This document shows positions 9,588-20,507 of a stretch of 64,000 nucleotides of DNA, in pieces (positions within the stretch are counted from its first letter, which is position 1; each line of letters opens with the position of its first letter). Source of the stretch: Candidatus Cloacimonadota bacterium (lineage in GTDB: Bacteria; Cloacimonadota; Cloacimonadia; JGIOTU-2); NCBI GenBank assembly GCA_049903315.1, contig JBNGBT010000001.1, positions 320,001 to 384,000 on the forward strand. Direction: 5' to 3'. The notes under the pieces were generated by a model, which worked only from the letters and a program-made list of their open reading frames with translations, was not told the DNA's origin and did no database searches. The position numbers and the translations under genes are program-made.

Positions 9588-10045
9588 GTAGGTTCAGGTT
9601 TATCCTGAACCATTTTATGTAAGGAACCACATCTTCATTTTCTCCTTGATGAGAAAACGAAGCAAAAGAATCACCCACGATTAAGAAAATACTAAAATTT
9701 TATTCGTGAAGCTAAAAGAATAACAACTCGCTCCGCTCAGACAGTCATTCATTTGACTCGTCAAGGCGTAGTTCATCTCATACATAAATTCTATTTCCTT
9801 CAGCGATTATTTATGAACGAAGCCGGAACGCTTTACTCACAAAATTTCGATGCGCATTTTCTTAATATGCGGGAAAAATAGATATGATTTTCATCTCGTT
9901 CCTAAGTTGTACTTGGGAACGAATCTTATTGCCGAATTATATTTCATTCGAATATGGGTTACAAAGTCCAACTTTGTAACCAAAGAATTTTTTAAGCTTT
10001 TCTCTTCATTGCTTTTTTGAATTCTCTGTGTCCTCTGTGGTTAAA
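9588..10045. repeat. Cluster of several different palindromic/REP-like elements
   Basis: GTAGGTTCAGG-ttta-TCCTGAACC (9588-9611); long imperfect inverted repeat at about 9680-9866; CGTTCCTAAG..CTTGGGAACG (about 9897-9921); GGTTACAAAG-tccaa-CTTTGTAACC (about 9957-9981); ctctgtgtcctctgtggttaaa (10024-10045). Confidence 0.7.
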
Positions 10046-10122
10046 TTCTAATCCAAAAATATGTTTAATTCTAAATTTTTTGACAAAGAAATAACCCTCC
10101 AAAATTCTTTCACTCAATCTGT

Positions 10123-10199
<77 letters not shown>

Positions 10200-10220
10200 T
10201 TTTTATTGAAGGGGTTTGAT

Positions 10221-10730
10221 ATGCTTCACATATATACAGGCGACGGCAAAGGCAAGACAACTGCTTCTCTCGGGCTGGCAACGCGATTTCTCGGACACCA
10301 TAAAAAGGTTTGCCTTATTCAGTTCATGAAAAAGAATATTGAGTACGGTGAGATCACATTCTTTGAAAATATACCAAACATCGATATTTTCCAGTTCGGC
10401 ACACCCGATTTTGTTGATAAGAAAAATCCCAAACAGATAGACATCGAAGAAGCGGTGAAAGCTTTTAATAAAGCAAAAGAAGTTATCCTGAGCAAAGAAT
10501 ATGACTTGGTTATCCTGGACGAATTGAATGTTGCATTGGATTTTGATCTCGTGTCCTTCGAAAAAGTTCTTCCATTCATAAAAGATCACAAAGACGAGCT
10601 GGAAATAGTGATAACCGGCAGGTACGCTTCTGAAGAACTCATAGAAATTGCTGATCTGGTGACTGATATGGAAGAGATAAAGCACTATTATCATAAGGAT
10701 ATTTTTGCTCGCGAGGGGACGGAATATTAA
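10221..10730 (+). CDS. cobO: Cob(I)alamin adenosyltransferase (CobO/BtuR/CobA type)
   Basis: HIYTGDGKGKTTASLG, IQFMK, YDLVILDE, EIVITGR, ADLVTDM, AREGTEY; start placed at ATG 10221. Confidence 0.93.
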   Translation: MLHIYTGDGKGKTTASLGLATRFLGHHKKVCLIQFMKKNIEYGEITFFENIPNIDIFQFGTPDFVDKKNPKQIDIEEAVKAFNKAKEVILSKEYDLVILDELNVALDFDLVSFEKVLPFIKDHKDELEIVITGRYASEELIEIADLVTDMEEIKHYYHKDIFAREGTEY

Positions 10731-10834
10731 AAAAATATTCAAAGCATTTGACGTAAAAAAAATGAGCATCCCAAATTATACCATCCTGAAGATTAACTGC
10801 TAAAGGATGCTGAATCTAATCACGGAGGAATTCA

Positions 10835-13102
10835 ATGGAGCTTTCTGATAATGCTCGTGCAGTGCTGAAAAAAAGATATTTCAAAAAAGATCAGATGGGT
10901 GATATTATTGAGGACGAAAAAGCGATGCTCACACGAGTGAGTGAGAACATCGCAGGCGGAAATAAAGAGAAAGCAAAGCGTTATTTCAACATTATGAATA
11001 ACTGCTATTTCCTCCCAAATTCTCCCACTCTTATGAATGCAGGGAGCGATCTGCAGCAGCTTTCCGCGTGTTTTGTGCTTCCTATCAAAGACAGCATGCA
11101 CAGCATTTTTGATGCGGTCAAGAACGCAGCACTCATTCATAAAAGCGGTGGTGGGACAGGTTTTTCTTTTTCCAAACTCCGTGAACATAATGCACGAGTA
11201 GGATCTACCAGCGGTGTCTCCAGCGGCCCGATAACCTTCATGAAAGTTTTCAATTCAGCAACCGATGCAGTGAAGCAAGGGGGTACCCGCCGTGGTGCAA
11301 ATATGGCGATCCTCAATATTGACCATCCGGACATTATAGATTTTATCAAAGCAAAAGAAAAAAATACAGAACTGACCAATTTCAACATAAGTGTCGGGCT
11401 TACAGAAGCATTTATGGATGCAGTAAAGAATAATGAAGAATATGAGCTCATTGCACCTCATACCGGCAAGGTCAAAAGACGCCTGAAAGCTTTGGATGTG
11501 TTCGAACTAATTGTAGAAATGGCGCACAAGAACGGTGAGCCGGGCATCGTATTCCTTGATCGGCTTGATCGATATAATCCTACTCCAAAAGATGGAAAGA
11601 TTGAAGCTACAAATCCTTGCGGCGAGCAGCCCTTGCTTGCAAATGAAGCTTGCAATCTCGGATCGATCAATTTAGCGCTCATGGTGAAAGACGGAGGAAT
11701 TGACTGGGATCTTCTCAAGAAAACTGTTTATTCCGCAGTAGATTTTCTGGATGATGTCATCGACCGCTCTGCATTTCCACTTCCCGAGATCGAGAAGCAG
11801 GTTAAGAAAAATCGAAAGATAGGATTGGGTATCATGGGGTGGGCGGATCTGCTTCTTCAACTTGGCATTCCTTACTGTTCTGATGAAGCAACCGACACAG
11901 GCCGAGAGATCATGGAATTCATTGATTACTACTCGAAAGAGCGCTCAATGCAGCTCGCTGTCAAAAAAGGACCGTTTCCCAATTTTGATCAAAGCATCTA
12001 TAAAAAAGGCACTTTTTCACGGGAAGGTTATAAGCTGAACTGGGAGAGTTTAATTGAAGAGATCAAGGAGAAGGGGATCCGCAATGCTACGACCACGACG
12101 ATTGCTCCCACAGGGACGATCAGCATGATCGCAGATACATCAAGCGGTGTCGAACCGATCTTTTCATTAGTATATATAAAGAATGTGATGGACGGCGAGA
12201 AACTGCTTTATGTGAATAAATATTTTGAAGAAATAGCCCAAGAACAAAAATTTTATTCCAAAGAAATAATGGAGAAGATCTCCGAAAAGGGCTCGCTCCA
12301 GGAAATAGACGAAATTCCTGAAGATGTGAAAAGAGTATTTGTGACTGCTCATGACATCACTCCCGAATGGCATATCAGGATGCAGGCAGCATTTCAGGAG
12401 TTTGTTGATAATGCAGTTTCCAAAACAATCAATTTTCCGAATTATGCCACCAAAGAGGATATTTACACCTCCTACATGCTTGCTTATCAGCTTGGCTGCA
12501 AAGGCGTCACAGTCTATCGCGACGGCAGCCGGGACGAGCAGGTTCTCAATGTCGGTAAAAAGATGCGCGAGCATGACCGCACAAGAATTGAACCGCGGCA
12601 CCGTCCTGAAACAACAATCGGCGTGACGAAAAAAGTCAATACGGGATGTGGTCATCTTTATGTGACTATCAATATTGATGAGACCGGACCGTGCGAGGTC
12701 TTTACACAAATGGGCAAGGTCGGCGGCTGTGCTTCTGCTCAACTTGAAGCAATTGCACGTTTGATATCGCTTGCGCTTCGCTCGAATGTGAAAGTGGAAT
12801 CCATTGTAAAACAGCTTCGGCTTATCCGATGCCCTGCACCAATGTGGTCAAAGGGCAAAAAAATACATTCCTGTGCAGATGCCATAGCAAATGCAATTAT
12901 AGAATTTCTCGAACAGGACGGGAACGGGCTCAAACAGACAAAAGAAGGTAAGGGAAAAGATCAATTAAAAGTTATTGCAGAAAGCCCTTCCTTTGATGAA
13001 ACGACTCCAGTTGGCTCGATGTGTCCAGAATGCGGCGCAACTCTTGAATTCAAAGAAGGTTGTAAAACCTGTCCGATTTGTGGCTGGTCAAAATGCAGCT
13101 AA
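10835..13102 (+). CDS. nrdJ: Class II (adenosylcobalamin-dependent) ribonucleotide reductase with C-terminal TSCPD-like domain and Zn ribbon
   Basis: FLPNSPTLMNAG, LSACFV, QGGTRRGANM, TNPCGEQPL, ACNLGS, TIAPTGTIS, CKGVTVYRDGSR, CPECG..CPICGWSKC; GGAGG RBS. Confidence 0.96.
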   Translation: MELSDNARAVLKKRYFKKDQMGDIIEDEKAMLTRVSENIAGGNKEKAKRYFNIMNNCYFLPNSPTLMNAGSDLQQLSACFVLPIKDSMHSIFDAVKNAALIHKSGGGTGFSFSKLREHNARVGSTSGVSSGPITFMKVFNSATDAVKQGGTRRGANMAILNIDHPDIIDFIKAKEKNTELTNFNISVGLTEAFMDAVKNNEEYELIAPHTGKVKRRLKALDVFELIVEMAHKNGEPGIVFLDRLDRYNPTPKDGKIEATNPCGEQPLLANEACNLGSINLALMVKDGGIDWDLLKKTVYSAVDFLDDVIDRSAFPLPEIEKQVKKNRKIGLGIMGWADLLLQLGIPYCSDEATDTGREIMEFIDYYSKERSMQLAVKKGPFPNFDQSIYKKGTFSREGYKLNWESLIEEIKEKGIRNATTTTIAPTGTISMIADTSSGVEPIFSLVYIKNVMDGEKLLYVNKYFEEIAQEQKFYSKEIMEKISEKGSLQEIDEIPEDVKRVFVTAHDITPEWHIRMQAAFQEFVDNAVSKTINFPNYATKEDIYTSYMLAYQLGCKGVTVYRDGSRDEQVLNVGKKMREHDRTRIEPRHRPETTIGVTKKVNTGCGHLYVTINIDETGPCEVFTQMGKVGGCASAQLEAIARLISLALRSNVKVESIVKQLRLIRCPAPMWSKGKKIHSCADAIANAIIEFLEQDGNGLKQTKEGKGKDQLKVIAESPSFDETTPVGSMCPECGATLEFKEGCKTCPICGWSKCS

Positions 13103-13123
13103 AATATTATTAGGGGAGACTCC

Positions 13124-16100
13124 ATGAAAAAAATCATAGTACTGGTCACAATCATTTTAATGAGTACTTCGATCTGCGCACTTGAACCACATTTTATGCA
13201 ACAACCTGCGATTTCACCAGATGGGACGACGATTTGCTTTTCTTATATGTCGGATCTCTGGACTGTCCCATTCGACGGCGGAGAAGCAAAACGACTCACC
13301 GTCTCAAAAGGCAATGATAGGTATCCAGTTTTTTCTCCGGACGGAAAAACTATTGCATTTAACTCCAATCGTGAAGGTTTCTGGGGAACCTATCTCATTC
13401 CCGCAGAAGGCGGTGTCGCAAAGTGTATTTCCAAAGAAGGAGTCACCGTTATCGACTGGTTTTCCAACGGAAAGAAACTTCTCGCTACGGAGTATGAACT
13501 GCCCAATGGCTGGAATTTTATGGAAGTTCCTCTCGATGGCTCGCACCCGAAACTGATCACGGAAATAGGCAACAGTCTTGCAAAACTTACTCCGGATAAT
13601 AAGAAGATCATTTACAGCAGCAGAGGGGATGACACTCGTGAGAGATATAAAGGGAGTGTGAGTGGGCAAATATGGGAATATGATATACAAAATCAATCCT
13701 ATACTCAGCTTACTGACGCAGAATATACAGAAAAATATCCCGTGTGCTCTTATGTTAACAACCGCATATATTTTATCGGTGCGGATTTCGTGAATGAGAA
13801 TCAAGCAGTTTTCCAGATATATTACGCTGAAGGCATGGATTTCTCCCATCCTCAAAAACTCACGAAATTTGATTATTGGTCTGCCACACAACTCTCTATT
13901 GCTCGTGAAAATGATAATATGGTTTTCAAACGATTTGATGAGCTCTGGTCATATAATGCGAAGTCTGGGAAGATCAAAAAAATATCAATTGAGATCAAGC
14001 AGGATTTTCTTGAGAGCTTCGAGATCACGGAGAAGTATATTAATCAGGCAACAGATTTTTCGGTCTCATCAAATGGGAAAATGGTTGCTTTTACCTACAA
14101 ATTTGATCTTTTTGCAATGCCTGAAAAGGGGGGAGAGGTCAAGCAGTTGACAAAAGACCAAAAAGGGATCGAGAGCATTGCAATTGCCGATGACGATCAG
14201 ACGATCTATTTTACCACTTATGAAATGGGCAACATTCAGCTCTATAAAACCAATATTAAAGAGCCGAATACAATCCATAAACTGTCATGGTTCAAAGATA
14301 AATATGTGCAGGATATCCGTTTTGAAGAGGAGATGGGATTATTCGTGCAATACTCGGATGATAAAGCAAGAAATCAAATTGCTCTTGTAGATAAAGAAGA
14401 TGATAAAGTTCAGGAACTGATCACTGACCAGGTCGTGAATTCACAATTTTCAGTGAGTCCGGATAAGAAGTATGCGCTCTATTTCGTACTCACACCCGGC
14501 ACTTGGGATGAGATACTCTATCTTTATAATTTTGAAACAAAAGAAAAAACGACTCTTTATCCCTATCATGGAAATATGAATTCGCCGATCTGGGGTGAAC
14601 AGGGAGCGTATGTTTTCTTCAATAGAAATCAGGATATTTGCAGAATGGAACTTCATGCTAAAGAGGATTTTTGGGATTATAAGGATTACTGGGAAGATAT
14701 TCTAAATCCAAAAGATGAGAGCGAGGAAAAAAAGGATAAGGATAAAAAATCAAAGGACGAAGATAAGGACACTGATAAAGAGGATGACGAAAAGGATGAG
14801 GTTGAGGATGTCATTATTACGATCGATCTTGAAGATATCCATCGCAGAGTTTCTGTGATCACTTCCAAGCAGGGATACAACTCTCTTATTGCAACCGATA
14901 AAGATAGTACTCTTTATTATGTAAACAGCTCAGAAGATGATGTGTATACTTTGAGAAAAGTTGATTACGAAGGTAAAAAGGATGAGGAAATCACTACGTT
15001 TATATCCCGTCCGCGTCACATGACATATAATGATGAAAATGACTGTTTCTATTGCATCGAATCTGAATCTCTGAAAAAAATAACTACCAGCGGTGCAAAG
15101 GAAACTCTTGAAAATGAGTTTGAATATAAATTTAACACGCTTACTTTAAATAAGACTGTTTTTGAGCAGGCCTGGAAGGCTTTTCAACGGGGCTTTTATG
15201 ATCCTGATATGCATGATATTGATTGGGAAAAAGCATTCAAGAAGTACTATCCTTATATGGAATACGCCTACTCACCGGAAATCATGGATGAGATTTATTC
15301 TGAAATGATGGGTGAAGTAAATGCCTCACATACGGGATTTTATGCAAGAAATGATAATCCCGTAATCCAGCATAATATCGCATACGGCGGATTTATTCTC
15401 GATTATAAAGACATTCCTAAAAAAGGGATTAAATTCAAAAAGATCTTCCGTAAATCCAAGCTCAATAAACCTTATAATATCAAACCAGGAGATACTCTCT
15501 TGGAAGTTGATGGAGTGGAAATCACTGAAGATACACAGATCACACCGCTTTTCTTTAATAAGGTCGATGAAAAGATCACCATGAAAGTACAAACACCTGA
15601 CAGTATCGCAACGGTTGAATTCAAGGGACTTTCCTGGTGGCAAAATAGGATGATGAACTATGATACCTGGGTTGAAGAGCGAAAAGATATTGTTAATGAA
15701 CTGTCAGATGGTAAAATTGGCTATGCACACATCAGGCATATGGGATGGAGTTCTTATGAAGATTTTGTACAGGATGTTTTTGCTAATAACTGGCAAAAGA
15801 AAGCGCTCATAATAGATGTGCGGAATAATCCTGGCGGCTGGATCCATGACTGGCTTATCGAACTACTAACAAAAGAACCCTATGCCTATACTACGAACAG
15901 GATTTTCAATGTTGAAAAACAACCATTCCCGGGTGAAACCTGGACTAGACCAACCATTTTACTTATCAATCAAAACTCATTTTCCGATGCCGAGATATTC
16001 CCGAATATTTATAAGCATTTCGGGCTCGGGAAAGTTATAGGTATGCCCACAAGCGGATCTGTAATTGGGACCGGTCATGTTTATTTCATGGATGGATCGA

Positions 16101-16267
16101 GCATGCGGATGCCCGGCACAGGATGGTATATCTCAGAGGATATTAATATGGAAGGTACAGGTGCGAAACCTGATATATATCTGGATATAACAAATGAGCA
16201 AAAAATTGCCGATGATGATGTACAGTTGAAAAAAGCAATAGAAGAAATATTAAAGGAACTTCAATAA
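13124..16267 (+). CDS. Tricorn-like S41 peptidase (PD40 beta-propellers, PDZ, S41 domain)
   Basis: PAISPDG/PVFSPDGK repeats, FYDPDMHDIDW, GEVNASH, IDVRNNPGG, SFSDAEIF catalytic Ser, GAKPDI. Confidence 0.92.
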   Translation: MKKIIVLVTIILMSTSICALEPHFMQQPAISPDGTTICFSYMSDLWTVPFDGGEAKRLTVSKGNDRYPVFSPDGKTIAFNSNREGFWGTYLIPAEGGVAKCISKEGVTVIDWFSNGKKLLATEYELPNGWNFMEVPLDGSHPKLITEIGNSLAKLTPDNKKIIYSSRGDDTRERYKGSVSGQIWEYDIQNQSYTQLTDAEYTEKYPVCSYVNNRIYFIGADFVNENQAVFQIYYAEGMDFSHPQKLTKFDYWSATQLSIARENDNMVFKRFDELWSYNAKSGKIKKISIEIKQDFLESFEITEKYINQATDFSVSSNGKMVAFTYKFDLFAMPEKGGEVKQLTKDQKGIESIAIADDDQTIYFTTYEMGNIQLYKTNIKEPNTIHKLSWFKDKYVQDIRFEEEMGLFVQYSDDKARNQIALVDKEDDKVQELITDQVVNSQFSVSPDKKYALYFVLTPGTWDEILYLYNFETKEKTTLYPYHGNMNSPIWGEQGAYVFFNRNQDICRMELHAKEDFWDYKDYWEDILNPKDESEEKKDKDKKSKDEDKDTDKEDDEKDEVEDVIITIDLEDIHRRVSVITSKQGYNSLIATDKDSTLYYVNSSEDDVYTLRKVDYEGKKDEEITTFISRPRHMTYNDENDCFYCIESESLKKITTSGAKETLENEFEYKFNTLTLNKTVFEQAWKAFQRGFYDPDMHDIDWEKAFKKYYPYMEYAYSPEIMDEIYSEMMGEVNASHTGFYARNDNPVIQHNIAYGGFILDYKDIPKKGIKFKKIFRKSKLNKPYNIKPGDTLLEVDGVEITEDTQITPLFFNKVDEKITMKVQTPDSIATVEFKGLSWWQNRMMNYDTWVEERKDIVNELSDGKIGYAHIRHMGWSSYEDFVQDVFANNWQKKALIIDVRNNPGGWIHDWLIELLTKEPYAYTTNRIFNVEKQPFPGETWTRPTILLINQNSFSDAEIFPNIYKHFGLGKVIGMPTSGSVIGTGHVYFMDGSSMRMPGTGWYISEDINMEGTGAKPDIYLDITNEQKIADDDVQLKKAIEEILKELQ

Positions 16268-16279
16268 AACGGAGGATAC

Positions 16280-16861
16280 ATGAAAAATAAAGGATGTGTA
16301 ATCGCAATTATTATCGTTGCCGTTCTGGCAATTCTCGCAGTGTCCATATATGCCTATGTCAAAGGCAAATACAACTCTTTTGTACAGGAACAGCTCGATG
16401 TTGAAAATAATTGGGCTGAAGTGGAAAATCAGTTGAAAAGACGCTACGATCTTATTCCGAATTTGGTCGAAACTGTAAAGGGATATGCTTCGCACGAAAA
16501 AGAAGTATTTATTCAGGTGACAGAAGCTCGTGCCAGTGTCGGAAAAGCGGAGACCCGTCAGGAATCGATCGAAGCCAATAATCAGTTGACAGGTGCACTT
16601 TCCCGTTTGCTCGTGACTGTAGAAAGTTATCCGCAGCTTAAGGCAAATGAGAATTTTATCCGACTACAGGATGAGCTTGCAGGAACGGAAAATCGTATCG
16701 CTGTTGCCCGAAGGCGCTATAATGAAGCAGTCACTCTCTATAACAAAGACATTTCGATCTTCCCGAACAGTCTCTTTGCTGGCATGTTCAATTTTGAAAA
16801 AGAACCTCTCTACAAGATAGACGAAAGCGAAAAAGAAACTCCACAAGTAAAATTCGACTAA
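16280..16861 (+). CDS. lemA: LemA family protein
   Basis: WAEVENQLKRRYDLIPNLVETVKGYA, YPQLKANENF, GTENRIAVARRRYN. Confidence 0.96.
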   Translation: MKNKGCVIAIIIVAVLAILAVSIYAYVKGKYNSFVQEQLDVENNWAEVENQLKRRYDLIPNLVETVKGYASHEKEVFIQVTEARASVGKAETRQESIEANNQLTGALSRLLVTVESYPQLKANENFIRLQDELAGTENRIAVARRRYNEAVTLYNKDISIFPNSLFAGMFNFEKEPLYKIDESEKETPQVKFD

Positions 16862-16863
16862 CC

Positions 16864-17937
16864 ATGTCTTTTCACTCATTTATTGAGAAGCATTGGGTAA
16901 AGAGAAGCATTCTCTCATATCTCTTTTTACCCTTTGCTTTTCTTTTTTCTCTGATCCTGGTCTGTAGAAGATTACTCTACAAATTGAAAATATTTCGGCA
17001 ATATTACCCGCGCGTGTTTGTAATATCTGTCGGGAATCTCACAGTCGGAGGAAACGGGAAAACCCCCTTCACAATACTACTTGCAAAAGCTCTTAAGGAA
17101 GAAGGATTGAGTGTGGCAGTTTCTCATCGCGGTTACAAAGGTGCGTATGAAAATACTGTCAAACAGATCTCAGATAAAGAACAAATATTTGAGGATACCC
17201 ATCTAGCTGGAGACGAGCCCTTACTTCTTGCACAGAATCTGGAAGGAATTCCAGTTATTGTAGGAAAAAATAGAAAAGCTACGATAAAACTTCTGGTCGA
17301 AAAAAATCATCCGGATGTGGTAATTCTGGATGATTCCTATCAGCATATCAAGGTACACCATGATTTTGATTTTCTCCTTTTCAATGGGAAGAATCCAGTT
17401 GGTAACGGATTTATCACACCTGCTGGCATGCTTCGTGAATCCTCACGTATGATGAAATTTGCTCATTGCTTTGTGTTGAATGATATACAGGGAGAATGCG
17501 GAATACCCCAAATATTTAAAAAATATTCCATACCTATTATATCAACAACTTATCACATCAGATATTTTATTGATTTTATAAGTTCTCAAACACATGAAGG
17601 TAATCGATTTAAAGGCAAAAATGTATTCCTACTTTCAGGAATTGGTAATCCCAATTCTTTTGAGACAAGCATGAAGGAATGCGGATTACAATTTGTGCAA
17701 CATTACCAATTTAGTGATCATCATGAATTCTCAAAATCAGAAATTGCTCATATAATTAGTGTTGCGAAGGATCAGAGAATCGATGCTATCATAACAACTG
17801 AGAAGGATTTCGGAAAATTACGCAAGCTGAATTTAGATATGAAACAATTTTATTTTGCAAAACTCGAAGTTACAATCAATGAAATGGATATTTTCAATGG
17901 TATTGTGAGAAAAATTAAGAAAGAAATTGGCGCATGA
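16864..17937 (+). CDS. lpxK: Tetraacyldisaccharide 4'-kinase
   Basis: VISVGNLTVGGNGKTP, SHRGYKG, GDEPLL, ILDDSYQH, PAGMLRE, GIGNP, FSDHH, TTEKD. Confidence 0.95.
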   Translation: MSFHSFIEKHWVKRSILSYLFLPFAFLFSLILVCRRLLYKLKIFRQYYPRVFVISVGNLTVGGNGKTPFTILLAKALKEEGLSVAVSHRGYKGAYENTVKQISDKEQIFEDTHLAGDEPLLLAQNLEGIPVIVGKNRKATIKLLVEKNHPDVVILDDSYQHIKVHHDFDFLLFNGKNPVGNGFITPAGMLRESSRMMKFAHCFVLNDIQGECGIPQIFKKYSIPIISTTYHIRYFIDFISSQTHEGNRFKGKNVFLLSGIGNPNSFETSMKECGLQFVQHYQFSDHHEFSKSEIAHIISVAKDQRIDAIITTEKDFGKLRKLNLDMKQFYFAKLEVTINEMDIFNGIVRKIKKEIGA

Positions 17938-18698
17938 AATTCATAGACACACACGCTCATCTGCAATTTGATTCCTATGATAGAGACCGGGACGAAGTTA
18001 TACGGCAGGCATTCGCAAAAGGTATAAAAGCAATTATTAATGTAGGAATTGATGAAGCAACCTCAAAACAAGCGATAGGTATTGCCCGGAAATATAGAAA
18101 TCTCTTTGCAACTGCCGGCTGGCATCCGCATGATGCTACATCTTATAATGAAAAAACATTACTGGTATTATTAGAGGATACATCAGTTGTCGCTCTCGGG
18201 GAGATCGGGCTTGATTACTTCAGAAATCTGAGTCCGAAAGATGTGCAAAAAAAAGTATTCGAGGCTCAGCTTAAGATCGCAGTTGAAAAAAAAATACCCA
18301 CGATAATTCATGACAGGAATGCTCACGAAGATGTGTTCAATATGTTAAAAAAATATAAACCGGAGCGTGTGGACTTTCATTGCTTCTCTGGTGATTATAA
18401 TTTCGCCCGGGACGTTCTTGAGCAGGGATGGTTTATATCTTTTACTGGTTCCGTAACCTTTGACAAAGGACATTACCATGGCATCATCCGGGATGTGCCT
18501 GATGACAGATATTTTGTGGAAACCGATGCGCCATTCCTTACTCCATATCCATATCGCGGGAAGAGAAATAGACCGGAATACGTTGAGTATATTATTCAGC
18601 ATATCGCAGAAATCAAGGGTAAGAGTCCAAATGATATAGCCCGTCAAACCACAGAGAACGCAGAGAACTTTTTCTTATTACATAAAAAACTTGATTAG
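17934..18698 (+). CDS. tatD: TatD family hydrolase
   Basis: IDTHAHL, GWHPH, ALGEIGLDY, IHDR, FHCFSG, VETDAPFL. Confidence 0.95.
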   Translation: MKFIDTHAHLQFDSYDRDRDEVIRQAFAKGIKAIINVGIDEATSKQAIGIARKYRNLFATAGWHPHDATSYNEKTLLVLLEDTSVVALGEIGLDYFRNLSPKDVQKKVFEAQLKIAVEKKIPTIIHDRNAHEDVFNMLKKYKPERVDFHCFSGDYNFARDVLEQGWFISFTGSVTFDKGHYHGIIRDVPDDRYFVETDAPFLTPYPYRGKRNRPEYVEYIIQHIAEIKGKSPNDIARQTTENAENFFLLHKKLD

Positions 18699-18767
18699 AA
18701 TAAAACGAGTAAAATATTTCGAACAAAATATAGATATGAAATTTGAATAAAATTCGTGGAGGAAACA

Positions 18768-18938
18768 ATGGCAGTAAAAATCGATAAAGAAAAGTGTGTT
18801 GCTTGTGGTGTGTGCGTTGATGTATGTCCTACAGAAGCTCTTTCTGTGATAGGCGATTTCGCAGAGTGCGATGCCGATCTATGTGTTGATTGCGGTGCCT
18901 GTATTCCGGAATGCCCAACCGAAGCAATTTCAGAATAA
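18768..18938 (+). CDS. 2[4Fe-4S] ferredoxin
   Basis: Two CxxCxxCxxxCP motifs; GGAGG RBS before ATG 18768. Confidence 0.95.
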   Translation: MAVKIDKEKCVACGVCVDVCPTEALSVIGDFAECDADLCVDCGACIPECPTEAISE

Positions 18939-18958
18939 GTTGCCGAAACATTTGATTT

Positions 18959-18992
18959 GAGCCATTCGTGAAAAGCGGATGGCTTCCTTTTT
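18959..18992 (+). terminator. Probable intrinsic terminator after ferredoxin
   Basis: GAGCCATTCG-loop-CGGATGGCTT followed by CCTTTTT. Confidence 0.55.
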
Positions 18993-18995
18993 ATT

Positions 18996-20435
18996 ATGAA
19001 AAAATATTTTTTGATTTTTGCAATTATCATCACTGCATTGAGTTGTGCAACTACACCTGAGCCGCAGATCACACAAATTGTGCAGAGAGATAGCACTCAT
19101 TACGTGGATCAGATTGATAGCCTGAGGCAGAGGAATTATACTTATCAATTGAAAGTCGATTCTCTATATAAGGAAATTCTCATTCTTAAAGATTCACTCG
19201 CTTATCTGGGCAGCACCACCCGTATAAAAAAACAGATTGATTTTCCTGATACACTCTATTATGCAGGATATGCGTTTGATCTCACGAATGAGCGAATCTT
19301 CCAGAAATTTTATTACTGGTATAAGGCAGAGATCAAATTTGCTTATAAATACATACCTAGAACCACAAAATATTTTCCTGTTATTGAAGAGATTCTTGCC
19401 GAATACGGACTTGATGATGATATCAAATATCTTGCAGTAGCAGAGAGCTATCTGAGTCCGCTTGCTCAATCTTCAGCAGGGGCAACCGGATTCTGGCAGT
19501 TTATGAAGTCCACTGCGGAATATTATGATATTGAGATGAACCAGTTCGTTGACCAGCGCAGGGATATTTTTGCTTCCACAAAAGCAGCATGCGAGTATCT
19601 GAGCTGGAGCTTGAAAGCGCTTACAAAAAAAGGTGCGCCCGATATTCTCCTGGCGATCTGTGCATTTAACTCCGGCTTGAGTAACATCACAAAAGCCATT
19701 GATGAACAGGGTGGTAATGATTTTTTTAGCTTAATACAAAGAAAATCCGAAACTGATGACTATGTGTGGCGCACTCTTGCGATGAAATATATTATTGAAA
19801 ATGAGACTCAGATCTTCACCAAGCTATTTGATAAAGAGCCCAGTATCCATGAGACCTGCCGCATTGTTCCTTTAGTTTTAGAGGGACATTACAAACTCGA
19901 TGCCTGGGCACAAGCACAGGGAACAGTTATTCGAGAGGTATGGGAGCTGAATCCATGGCTAAAAATCTATAAGAGAAATAATTACACGCATTCACCAGTG
20001 AATGACGTGGTAGTAAGCCCGGGAGATTTTACAGTTCTTGTTCCGAAGAATTCAATTCCAAATAAAGATGAAGTCGCTCGTATTGAACGGCAGTTTTTGG
20101 AAGAGAATAATGGGTATTTTACTGAGCATGTGGTGAAAAGCGGTGAGAACCTTTGGGTAATTGCTTCCCGCTATAATACTTCTGTGTCGAATCTTATGAG
20201 TATAAATGGGTTAACATCTGCAACAATATATCCGGGGCAAAAATTAAATCTGATCTCTTTGAAGACCAACCCGGAAAAATATTATGTGGTGAAAAAAGGG
20301 GACACGCTTTCCTCGATCTCATCGAAGCTTGGTGTTGCATCGGAAAAATTGATCCAGATGAATGACCTCGAGTCAAAGATGAGTAATGGACAGAATATTG
20401 TGCTTATCTATCCGGGACAGAAATTGTATTATTAG
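18996..20435 (+). CDS. MltD-like lytic transglycosylase lipoprotein with two LysM domains
   Basis: ALSC lipobox; YLAVAES, SSAGATGFWQFM, DQRRD; LysM repeats HVVKSGENLW and YVVKKGDTLS. Confidence 0.9.
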   Translation: MKKYFLIFAIIITALSCATTPEPQITQIVQRDSTHYVDQIDSLRQRNYTYQLKVDSLYKEILILKDSLAYLGSTTRIKKQIDFPDTLYYAGYAFDLTNERIFQKFYYWYKAEIKFAYKYIPRTTKYFPVIEEILAEYGLDDDIKYLAVAESYLSPLAQSSAGATGFWQFMKSTAEYYDIEMNQFVDQRRDIFASTKAACEYLSWSLKALTKKGAPDILLAICAFNSGLSNITKAIDEQGGNDFFSLIQRKSETDDYVWRTLAMKYIIENETQIFTKLFDKEPSIHETCRIVPLVLEGHYKLDAWAQAQGTVIREVWELNPWLKIYKRNNYTHSPVNDVVVSPGDFTVLVPKNSIPNKDEVARIERQFLEENNGYFTEHVVKSGENLWVIASRYNTSVSNLMSINGLTSATIYPGQKLNLISLKTNPEKYYVVKKGDTLSSISSKLGVASEKLIQMNDLESKMSNGQNIVLIYPGQKLYY

Positions 20436-20507
20436 TTTTTTTTCTCTATGACCACTGTCGCTAGTGCAAAGCGAAAAGAAAACTGGTGGCTAATATTTAT
20501 TATCAAA

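Noticed and set aside
10203..10769. 188-aa antisense ORF, and the many other antisense or alternate-frame ORFs in the track
   Set aside because: Shadows of well-supported genes with no motifs of their own
10731..10834. Cobalamin riboswitch or NrdR box upstream of nrdJ
   Set aside because: Gap is about 100 nt with no B12-box or clear NrdR palindrome; only a small CATCC/GGATG inverted repeat
14710..14810. Purine-rich repetitive stretch in the tricorn gene
   Set aside because: Encodes a D/E/K low-complexity linker common in this family; not a separate element
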